Source of the DNA: Candidatus Krumholzibacteriia bacterium
Lineage (GTDB): Bacteria; Krumholzibacteriota; Krumholzibacteriia; WVZY01
Length of the DNA: 19,000 nucleotides
Assembly: GCA_036478295.1 (NCBI GenBank)
Contig: JAZGDW010000011.1
Location: forward strand, 1 to 19,000
Reading direction: 5' to 3'
Shown: positions 9,261-17,032 of the stretch, one piece after another
How positions within the stretch are numbered: the stretch's first letter is position 1
Layout of the letters: each line of letters starts with the position of its first letter
Notes under the pieces: model-generated
Seen by the model: the letters and a program-made list of their open reading frames with translations, nothing else
What the model was told of the DNA's origin: nothing
Database searches by the model: none
Position numbers and translations under genes: made by a program

Positions 9261-12200
9261 CCCAGTTCTTCGTGCGCCACCCGGTCACGACCTGGATGAT
9301 TTTCGCCGTGTTCGTCCTGCTGGGAGTCTACGCCCTGCCCAAGCTCCAGGTTGAGGCAATACCTGAAATAAACCTGCCAACCCTAACCGTTCAAACATAT
9401 TGGAATGGTGCCTCTCCGAGAGCCATCCAGCGCTCTATTACCATTCCCATCGAGGAGGCGGCGCGGAAGATCCACGGTGTCGAGGAAATCGTATCGACGA
9501 GTTATGCGGGTCGCTCGCGCGTCCAGATCAAATTCCGGCGCGATATCAATATCGACTTCGCCCGCGTCGATCTGAACGAGCAGCTGGGCTCTGTCCGCCG
9601 CAATCTGCCGCTCAACGCCGCGCAGCCGCAGATACTGCCCTACGTACCGGAAGAATTCGCGACCGAAAACTTTTTTACCTTCAGCCTCGAGTCGGATCTC
9701 TCCCCGAACGAGCTGCGCGACCTGGCGGAAACCTGGGTAGTTCCCCAGATCCTGGCGTTGGAAGGTGTGGCTGACGCACGGGTGCTGGGCGGCGCCGATC
9801 CGTTGCTCAAGATCTACCTGGACCGGCAGAAGCTCGACCTCTACGGCATCACACCCGATGAGGTCTTCGCAGCCGTCAACCGTCTCGACGAGCTCAGCGG
9901 CGCGGGCGTGGTGCAGCAGTCGGGCATGGAGAAGATCGTTGCCCTTCGCGACCCGGTCGATCTGCGGCGCGTCCGCCGCGCCGTCGTGGCGCGGCGCGGC
10001 GACCGCGTCTTTACCCTGAACATGCTGGGCACGGTGGAGCGGGACTTCGAGGATCCAGTGTATTTCGTACGCACCAATGCCCGCAACGTCGTGCAGATTT
10101 CCGTCGACAAACGCAGCGGCGCCAACACCATCACCGCCAGCCGCGTGCTGCGCAAGGCGCTGCCGCACCTGCAAGACGAGGTTCCGTTCGCCGCCAGCTT
10201 CGACATCGATGAGGACCAGGGAGAGGAGCTCGAGGCCAAGCTGCGCGAGCTGGTTCTCCGGTCGTTCGTGATCCTGGGGCTGCTGTTTCTATTGCTGTCG
10301 ATAACGCTGCGCCAGCTGCGACTCACCGCCATCATCACGGGCTCGATCATTTTCTCGGTGCTGATTTCGCTAAGCCTCTTCTATTTCCTCGGCATCTCGG
10401 TGAATTTCATTACCATCAGCGGGCTGACCGTCTGCTTCGGTCTGATTCTCGATAACAGCATCCTGGTGCTGGACGCGATCCACCGGCGCCTTGGGGCCAT
10501 GGAGCACGCAGAGGCGGCCGGCCTGTCCCGCGCGGCCCGGCTCAAGGTGGCTCTCGAAACCATCCTCGGCGGCAGCCGCGAGGTGCTCTTCCCCATTCTG
10601 GCCACGACCCTCACCACCATCGTCGCCTTTGTGTCGTTCATATTCTTGTCCGGGCGCCTGGCGTTGTTCTACGTTCCGCTGGGTGTCTCGGTGGCCACCG
10701 CGCTCGGGGCCTCGCTCTTTGTCGCCTTCGGATGGGTACCGATGGTGCTGCACCGCGGCTGGGCGGTACCGCTCGTGCGCCGCGCGCCGGACGGTCCCAA
10801 CGACGTCACCGACCCCAAGGAGCTTGCCCGGTTCACCGAAGACCTTCCCGACCTGTCGGCGCGCCCCCCGCGGCTCGAGCGGCTGTGCCTGTGGAACCAG
10901 CGCTTGTGGTGGCTGGTGTTACCGCTGCTCGCCACCCTCTTCGTGTGGAGCGGTCATGTTTACAAGACCCGGGTGGTCAAGGGCGGGTTCTGGCGTCTGC
11001 CGGACCCGGAGCAGCTTCTCGTCTACATCCGCATGCCTCCCGGAACGGACATCACGCTGACATCGGAAACGATGGCGCTGTTCGAGTCTGCGATCCTGCC
11101 CGTTCCGGAAGGGGCCCGCATGCGCTCGCAGACCTTCGGCAATCAGGCGGTCATGCGCGTGGAGTTCGAGGGCGATGTTCTCCAGTCCGAAGTGCCGCTT
11201 TATTTTCGCACGGTGTTCGTCGACCAGGCGGACAAGCTGGCGGGAATGGCGATCTATATCTCCGGATTCTCGGAGACGCCGTACATCAACGGCGGCTTCT
11301 CGGGCTCGTCGCTCAACTCGCTGGTCAAGATGACCGGCTACAACTCGCGCCGCCTGCAGGAAATCGCGGAGGAAGCGCTCGCCCAGATCGAGCGCAACCG
11401 CCGCGTGCGCAACCCTCGTATCACGACCGGTTCGCGATTCGGCCGCGCGTCGCAAGAAGAGGTCGTCATCAACATCGACCGCGACCGGCTCGCTACACAC
11501 GGCCTGAGCGTCGCCGATGTGGTCAGCCGCATCCGCCGGCTGCTCGGTGTAGACGTTCCGTGGAACATGCTCATCGAGGGTGACAACCAGCGCGTGCAGC
11601 TCTCCTTTACCGATTCCGAGGAGATGGAATACCACGACGCCGTCCAGACCCTTGTCACGACGCCGTCGGGAGCGAGCGTGCGACTCGCCGATCTCATCTC
11701 GATCGAGACCGTTCCGCTCTCCGGCGAGATCACGCGCGAAGATCAACGTTATTCCACGTACCTCAACTGGGAATACATTGGTACCGACCAGATGCGCCAG
11801 GCGTATATCAAGAGTGTTATCGGATCGATGACCCTTCCCTACGGTTACGAGGCGGAAGAATCGACACGCGAGTTTTTTACGGAGGAAGAGGAAGAGGAGC
11901 TAATGATGGCGCTGGTGCTGGCCATCGTCTTCATATTCATGGTGCTCGCCGCGCTGTTCGAAAGCATCACGTTGCCGGTGATGGTGCTGATGTCGCTGCC
12001 GATGGCCCTGGTCGGCGTTTTCCACGGCTTTTGGTGGACGAACTCCTCTTTCGATTCTTCGGCCCGCATCGGGCTGATCCTGCTGTTCGGCATCGTGGTC
12101 AATAACGCTATTCTGCTGCTCAGCCGTTTCCGCACCGAGGCCACACTGACCTTGCAGGTTCGCCTCGGCGGCGATCCCACGGCCGAAGCGTCGCTCTTTC

Positions 12201-12589
12201 CCTCCGTCGGCAAGCAGCTCGGCGGCAGCGACCTGTGGAAGCTGCCAAAGAAGGACCGCGTTTTCCTGCTGCGGCGCGCGATCGCACGGGGACTGCACGT
12301 CCGCCTGCGGTCCATTCTCCTGACCAGCGGCACCACCATCGTGGGTCTTGCGCCGCTGCTCATCCATTTCCGCGACACCGAGGACAAGGACATTTGGGAG
12401 AACCTCGCGCTCGCTTCCATCGCAGGCCTCGCCTCCAGCACGCTCCTCATCCTGGTGGCCATCCCGCCCTTGTACTACGTGTCGGTGCGGTTCAACTGGC
12501 TGTGGCGCCGTATGTACCAGGCGGTGCGAAGGTTCTTCACGCGCAGGCGCGCAGGCGCCGAGCGGTCGTCCTCAGTTCCACAAGTGTAA
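9257..12589 (+). CDS. RND efflux permease subunit 2 (divergent paralog), 1110 aa
   Basis: ATGA overlap with subunit 1. 'RHPVTTWM', 'GLILDNSILVLD', 'TTLTTIVAF', 'FMVLAALFES', 'GIVVNNAILL', 'RLRSILLTSGTTIVGLAPL'. Confidence 0.95.
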   Translation: MTQFFVRHPVTTWMIFAVFVLLGVYALPKLQVEAIPEINLPTLTVQTYWNGASPRAIQRSITIPIEEAARKIHGVEEIVSTSYAGRSRVQIKFRRDINIDFARVDLNEQLGSVRRNLPLNAAQPQILPYVPEEFATENFFTFSLESDLSPNELRDLAETWVVPQILALEGVADARVLGGADPLLKIYLDRQKLDLYGITPDEVFAAVNRLDELSGAGVVQQSGMEKIVALRDPVDLRRVRRAVVARRGDRVFTLNMLGTVERDFEDPVYFVRTNARNVVQISVDKRSGANTITASRVLRKALPHLQDEVPFAASFDIDEDQGEELEAKLRELVLRSFVILGLLFLLLSITLRQLRLTAIITGSIIFSVLISLSLFYFLGISVNFITISGLTVCFGLILDNSILVLDAIHRRLGAMEHAEAAGLSRAARLKVALETILGGSREVLFPILATTLTTIVAFVSFIFLSGRLALFYVPLGVSVATALGASLFVAFGWVPMVLHRGWAVPLVRRAPDGPNDVTDPKELARFTEDLPDLSARPPRLERLCLWNQRLWWLVLPLLATLFVWSGHVYKTRVVKGGFWRLPDPEQLLVYIRMPPGTDITLTSETMALFESAILPVPEGARMRSQTFGNQAVMRVEFEGDVLQSEVPLYFRTVFVDQADKLAGMAIYISGFSETPYINGGFSGSSLNSLVKMTGYNSRRLQEIAEEALAQIERNRRVRNPRITTGSRFGRASQEEVVINIDRDRLATHGLSVADVVSRIRRLLGVDVPWNMLIEGDNQRVQLSFTDSEEMEYHDAVQTLVTTPSGASVRLADLISIETVPLSGEITREDQRYSTYLNWEYIGTDQMRQAYIKSVIGSMTLPYGYEAEESTREFFTEEEEEELMMALVLAIVFIFMVLAALFESITLPVMVLMSLPMALVGVFHGFWWTNSSFDSSARIGLILLFGIVVNNAILLLSRFRTEATLTLQVRLGGDPTAEASLFPSVGKQLGGSDLWKLPKKDRVFLLRRAIARGLHVRLRSILLTSGTTIVGLAPLLIHFRDTEDKDIWENLALASIAGLASSTLLILVAIPPLYYVSVRFNWLWRRMYQAVRRFFTRRRAGAERSSSVPQV

Positions 12590-13990
12590 CTGCACGAAGA
12601 GGTCCCAGTCGGTGGCGCCCGCCGTCGGGACGAGCATGCGAATGCGTCCATCGAGAGTCACGCCCGGGATGGGCGTGAACCGGCCGCCCGCCGCGTAACG
12701 GTTGGACTCGTCGTCCACGACCTCCCGGTCCGGGTCCGCCCAGTCGTGCGCAAGCAGGAGATTGACCCCGTTGGCAAGGAGCCAGTCGATCTCCTGGTAG
12801 AACGCAGCCTGGTCGGTGCGCAGGCCGCTTGCCCGCGTTCGCGACCCGTGATCGAATTCCGTCTGGTAGGTAAACGGCAGGTCAGGGCGGTAATGCAGCA
12901 GGTTGATGACCCCGTAGGCTCCCAGGGTCGAGGTATCGCCTCCCTCGGCCAGCGGCCGGCGCTGCAGAAGCAGACTCCCGCCGACGCTCCAGCCCAGGTC
13001 GCGATAACCGAGATTCAGCGCAGTGCCCCAACTCTCGTCGACATCGAAGATGTCGAACGGTGAGGGCTCGCGCGCGCGGGATGCCTTGCGAAACCACGAC
13101 AGGTTTATGAAAGGGTAATTGGGGGCCGCACCAATTTCGACACCGGTGACACGGGTTTCGGGCAGCGACCCATCCAGTTCGAAGCGCCTCCGGATCTGCG
13201 AGGTGTGGTCGTCGAGCCTCAGCCCGTAGGCCGGTGTGAACCTGCCCAGTTTCACATAGGACTGGTACGGCGCCTGGTGCAACAGGAGAAACGCTTCACG
13301 AAGGTACGGTGTGCGACTCTCGTCGAAGGTGCTGGAGTAACCGCTCGCGCGCCCGCGGAACCCCGTGTTCAGGAACACGGTGACATGACGCACCGGGTGC
13401 ACGGCCACCGGCAGGTCGCCCTGCATCGGAAAGGTGATGACCAGCCCCGAAAACAAAACGGCCAGGCGGACGTCCCACCCGATGCGGAGCAAAGGGTCGG
13501 CGGCGAGCCCGCCGTAGCGGCCCTGAAAAGGTGCGTAGCGGCTCGCCGCCCCATAGGGTCTGCCATAGGACCAGCGGTCGTCTATGGTCTCGTAGTAATT
13601 CTCCACCTGTTCGAACCGGTCCGGTCCCACGGGCAGCGAATCGCTATATGTCGTCGCGCGGTCCATGCGCGGGACCCGGCCAAAGAAACTCCGGTCCCAG
13701 TCGCGTGTCGGCCGCGGGCTGGTCGCGATCATCGGCAGCGTCGCACGGCCGTAAAAACGCCCCGACGTGTTTCGCATGCCGCCGCCGGCGGGATCCACGT
13801 GGCACGTCTGGCACGACAGGCTGCACTTGCGCTCGGCGAGCTTGGGGTTCTGCCATTTGTTGGGCGTCAAGTGGCAGTTGTCGCACGCCCGGCCCGCACG
13901 CGCCGCGTATAGCGGTATGGCCTCGGCAGCGCGGTTTTGCACCGCCGCGAGCATTACCGTCAGCAGAAAGAGCGTGCGCGTCAGTTGCAT
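12572..13990 (-). CDS. Diheme c-type cytochrome fused to a predicted outer-membrane beta-barrel (Cyc2-like architecture), 472 aa
   Basis: Signal peptide MQLTRTLFLLTVMLAAVQNRAAEA, then IPLYAARAGRA-CDNCH and a second motif CQTCH. C-terminal about 300 aa of alternating amphipathic strands ('YLREAFL', 'YVKLGRFTPAYG', 'TGVEIG') ending DLFVQLHLWN. Start ATG overlaps the upstream gene's stop. Confidence 0.75.
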   Translation of the reverse strand: MQLTRTLFLLTVMLAAVQNRAAEAIPLYAARAGRACDNCHLTPNKWQNPKLAERKCSLSCQTCHVDPAGGGMRNTSGRFYGRATLPMIATSPRPTRDWDRSFFGRVPRMDRATTYSDSLPVGPDRFEQVENYYETIDDRWSYGRPYGAASRYAPFQGRYGGLAADPLLRIGWDVRLAVLFSGLVITFPMQGDLPVAVHPVRHVTVFLNTGFRGRASGYSSTFDESRTPYLREAFLLLHQAPYQSYVKLGRFTPAYGLRLDDHTSQIRRRFELDGSLPETRVTGVEIGAAPNYPFINLSWFRKASRAREPSPFDIFDVDESWGTALNLGYRDLGWSVGGSLLLQRRPLAEGGDTSTLGAYGVINLLHYRPDLPFTYQTEFDHGSRTRASGLRTDQAAFYQEIDWLLANGVNLLLAHDWADPDREVVDDESNRYAAGGRFTPIPGVTLDGRIRMLVPTAGATDWDLFVQLHLWN

Positions 13991-14493
13991 GGTGCCGTCG
14001 CTCCGTTGGCAATCCAGCGTTCGATGGTCAGTCGTTCCACCTCTGTCAGGCGCGGCCAGGCCCCGGGCGGCATCTTGTTGAGAACGAAAATATCGGTCGC
14101 GATGTCGGCCAGGTTGGCGATGATGGCCTCGCACGTCTCGAGATTCGGCCGGGTGCCCCCGGGCGGGTCGTCGGTGGCGTGACACGGTATGCACTCACGC
14201 TGAAAAATCGGAAAGACCTGCGACCAGGTCGGTTGCAAGGGTGCGGCGTTGGGGTCGACCTGATCCAGCGGCAGGTCACCGGAACCGCATGCGGACAGCA
14301 GTATGAGCAGCAGCATGCAACAGGCGACCAGGAGACCGTTTCGCGCGGGGACGGGTCTTCCCCTTCGCGTGGGAGCGGGTCTCCCCGTTCGCGCGGGGAC
14401 CGGGTTACCCCTTCGCTCGGCGACCGGGATACCGCTTCGCGCGGGGACGGTGCTCCCGCCGCGGGAGTGTTGGCATATGAAGAGCGATTTCAT
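13981..14493 (-). CDS. Monoheme cytochrome c lipoprotein (planctomycete-cytochrome-like domain); start uncertain (14493 or 14316)
   Basis: Hydrophobic stretch with lipobox LSA|C, then 'VFPIFQRE-CIPCH', distal 'KMPP' and 'LTEVERLTIERWIANGA'. Neither candidate start has a clear RBS. Confidence 0.78.
   Translation of the reverse strand: MKSLFICQHSRGGSTVPARSGIPVAERRGNPVPARTGRPAPTRRGRPVPARNGLLVACCMLLLILLSACGSGDLPLDQVDPNAAPLQPTWSQVFPIFQRECIPCHATDDPPGGTRPNLETCEAIIANLADIATDIFVLNKMPPGAWPRLTEVERLTIERWIANGATAPCN
14336..14455 (+). repeat. Tandem repeat, 5 x 24 bp, consensus approx. CCSYTTCGCGCGGGGACSGGKYTH
   Basis: Units start at 14336, 14360, 14384, 14408 and 14432, each exactly 24 nt. On the minus strand they encode PVPARxG-like octapeptides ahead of the lipoprotein signal. 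Confidence 0.9.
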
Positions 14494-14537
14494 CGAGGAC
14501 GGCACGCAAGGGGAAACTGACGAGTGGGTATTGACCG

Positions 14538-14549
14538 GTGTTATAACAC
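14538..14549. promoter_or_regulatory. Perfect 12-bp palindrome, candidate operator
   Basis: GTGTTATAACAC is self-complementary and covers the minus-strand -10 box. Confidence 0.45.
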
Positions 14550-14568
14550 GAACCGAAGTCGTTGTCAA
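14540..14568 (-). promoter_or_regulatory. Near-consensus sigma70 promoter for the cytochrome pair
   Basis: Minus strand TTGACA (14568-14563), 17 nt, TATAAC (14545-14540), with an extended -10 TGn. Confidence 0.7.
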
Positions 14569-14590
14569 ACCTCGCGGTGAAGGTTATGAT
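14562..14590 (+). promoter_or_regulatory. Near-consensus sigma70 promoter for the radical SAM gene
   Basis: TTGTCA (14562-14567), 17 nt, TATGAT (14585-14590). Confidence 0.7.
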
Positions 14591-14683
14591 GCATGCACTA
14601 TGTGCGCGACTTTTATACGGCCACCAAGAGAATCGCCACCGCCCGCGTCGGGGCGTCGTGCTGTGGCGTGTGAGCCGGGTGCG

Positions 14684-16114
14684 GTGCGGGCGCCGGGTGC
14701 GGTGCTACTCATCTCGTGTTACGAGCAGGGCCACCAGCCGTTGGGACTGGTGATGCCGGCGGCGCGTCTCGAGGCGAAGGGATTCTCGCCGTCCCTCCTG
14801 GATATCTCGGTCGAGGAGTTTGATGAGCTGAGAGCCGCTCGGGCGTCACTGGTGGCCATTTCGGTGCCCATGCACACGGCGCTCCGCCTGGGTATAGAGG
14901 TCGCGAAAAGGGTCCGCAGAGTCAATCCCCGTTGCCATATTTCTTTTTACGGACTCTACGCCGCGCTCAACGCCGAGCACCTTCTGGACACCGTGGCCGA
15001 CAGCTGCTTCGGTGGTGAATTCGAGGACGCCCTCGTGCGTCTTGCCGTGACACTCGATGGGGGCGGTAACGTGCAGCCGTTCCAACATCCCCCCGTACGG
15101 CGCGAGGAGCTGCAAAGCGCCCGGCGCCACAAACGGCGGACCGCACTCGCCAGCCGCAAAGGTCTTCCGCCGCTCGAGCGCTATGTCAAACTTATCGACG
15201 GCACCGCACGCCGCACAGTCGGTTATGTCGCGACCACGCGCGGGTGCAAGCATCTCTGCCTGCACTGCCCGATTCCCCCGGTGTACGACGGCGCGTTCAT
15301 CGCGGTTCCGGCCGATGCGGTTCTCGAAGATGTTGCGCAGCTCGTCGACGCGGGCGCCACGCACATCACATTCTCCGACCCCGACTTTTTCAACGGACCG
15401 GCGCACGCCCGGCGCATCGTTCGGGCGATGCACGAGCGGTTTCCCTTCGTGACGTTCGACTACACCGCCAAGGTTGAGCACCTCCTGCGGCACCGCTCTC
15501 TGGTGCGGGAGCTGCAGGCGCTCGGTTGCGTGTTTGTCGTCTCCGCCATCGAGTCGCTGAACGACCGGACCCTCGACAATCTCAAGAAAGGTCACAGCGG
15601 CAACGATGTCATAGACGTGATTCACTTTTTCAAGTCAATCGGGCTCGCGCTCCGTCCGTCACTTCTTCCCTTTACTCCGTGGGACTCGTTGCAGGATTAC
15701 ATCGAACTGCTCGACATGATCGAGCGCGAAGGGATGATCGATCACGTCGATCCCGTTCAGTACGGGGTTCGTTTGCTGGTGCCACCGCGCTCGTCGCTCC
15801 TCGCATCGGACGCGATGACACCGCATCTCGACGCTCTGGACCGGGAAGGGTTGACGTACCGCTGGCACCACCCAGACACTCGCATGGACGAGCTGCAGCG
15901 GCGTGTGAGCCGTCTGGTCGAGGACGCCACAGCCTCGGGCGAGGATGCGGCGGTGACGTTTTATCGTATCAGGGACCTGGCGGATTCGCTGGGCGGCAGG
16001 GACGCTTCGTCGATCCTCCTCGATTATCCGGCGGATCGACCGATGCCGCCGCGGCTGAGCGAGGACTGGTTTTGCTGAGCGGAGCCCACCGGGCGCCAGT
16101 TAGGCGCTTTCTGA
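14684..16114 (+). CDS. CUAEP-tail radical SAM selenoprotein with N-terminal B12-binding-like domain; UGA 16076-16078 read as Sec; alternative start ATG 14600
   Basis: CxxxCxxC motif (TRGCKHLCLHCP), N-terminal 'LLISCYEQGHQPLG...ISVPMHTALRLG', 'HITFSDPDFFN'. In-frame TGG TTT TGC TGA GCG GAG CCC reads W-F-C-U-A-E-P, then TGRQLGAF and a stop at 16112-16114. Matches the CUAEP/CCAEP-tail family as I recall it. Confidence 0.88.
16091..16109 (+). promoter_or_regulatory. Bacterial SECIS-like hairpin
   Basis: GGGCGCC-AGUUA-GGCGCUU: 7-bp stem (two G-U pairs) and a 5-nt loop with G at position 2 followed by U. 19 nt separate the UGA from the loop. Confidence 0.72.
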
Positions 16115-16143
16115 GCCTGCAGTTCAGCGAGTGGGCACTGTAC

Positions 16144-16172
16144 TTGCAATCGTGCGTTCCAGGTAGTAGTTT
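16144..16172 (+). promoter_or_regulatory. Possible internal sigma70 promoter for the NifU-like gene
   Basis: TTGCAA (16144-16149), 17 nt, TAGTTT (16167-16172) in the 160-nt gap. Confidence 0.3.
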
Positions 16173-16274
16173 TGGGAATGTAGCAACGCGCCCGGAGGAC
16201 GTATCATCGACGAGCGGGCGTCAACAAATTCGAGCCGTCGGCGCGATTGCGACGGCTCCGATCGAGGAGATACC

Positions 16275-16913
16275 ATGAGCGAAGAACTCAGTTTCAGCTG
16301 GCGTACGCAAGACGGTGGCCGCATCCGCGTGACGGTCGAGCCGTCGCTGAACCAGGCGAACGTGTGTCGTTTCCTCGTTGAGCCCGCACTTTACGAGGCG
16401 GGCGGCGCTCATTTCGCAAAGGGCGACGACCTGAGTGCCTCGCCATTGGCCACCAGTCTTTTCGCGGCCAGCGATGTGACGGAAGTTCTGATCGCCGGCA
16501 ATACCGTGACCCTCACCACAGAGACCGCGCCGGATTGGAACGAGCTTTCCGCGAAGATCGCCGAGCTTATCCGGGCCCAGCTAAACTCGGGCGCCCCGCC
16601 CGTGTCCGATGATTTTACCGAGGGCCTGCCCGCATCCGATGTCATCCGTGAAAAAGTGCAGGGCGTCATCGATGACTCCATCAATCCGTCCGTCGCCTCT
16701 CACGGCGGTGTTGTAACGCTGCTCGACGTTAAGGGCAACAACATTTTTCTCGAGTTCGGCGGCGGTTGCCAGGGCTGCGGGATGGTCAGTGTCACTCTGA
16801 AGTACGGGGTTGAGCGTCTCCTGCGCGAGCAGGTACCGGAGGTCGGCCAGATACTGGATACCACCGATCACGCCGCCGGCCAGAATCCGTACTATGCGCC
16901 GTCGGCGAAATAG
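16275..16913 (+). CDS. NifU/NfuA-family Fe-S cluster carrier (Nfu N-terminal domain plus NifU C-terminal domain), 212 aa
   Basis: GAGGAG RBS. 'SPLATSLF...VTEVLIAGNTVTLT...W' (Nfu N-terminal domain) and 'INPSVASHGGVVTLLDV...FGGGCQGC...TLKYGVERLL...DTTDHAAGQNPYY'. Confidence 0.93.
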   Translation: MSEELSFSWRTQDGGRIRVTVEPSLNQANVCRFLVEPALYEAGGAHFAKGDDLSASPLATSLFAASDVTEVLIAGNTVTLTTETAPDWNELSAKIAELIRAQLNSGAPPVSDDFTEGLPASDVIREKVQGVIDDSINPSVASHGGVVTLLDVKGNNIFLEFGGGCQGCGMVSVTLKYGVERLLREQVPEVGQILDTTDHAAGQNPYYAPSAK

Positions 16914-17032
16914 CGGGGCACGCGGCAACGATTCGGCGGTTGCCGGCCCTACGCTGCTGCCGGTCCACACCCGTGCCGGCCCCAGTCCGCTCCCGGTTCC
17001 ACACACGTGCCGGCACGATCGATAGCGACACC

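Noticed and set aside
13991..14194. 68-aa extension of the porin-cytochrome ORF
   Set aside because: It is an alternative frame inside the lipoprotein gene. The signal peptide begins at ATG 13990.
14303..14599. N-terminal extension of the radical SAM ORF as given in the track
   Set aside because: It overlaps the opposite-strand cytochrome gene, the tandem repeat and the gene's own predicted promoter. Family-like sequence begins near 14684.
16112..16114. Second UGA as another selenocysteine
   Set aside because: There is no comparable SECIS-like hairpin at the right distance and the downstream peptide has no recognisable motif, so it is treated as the stop.
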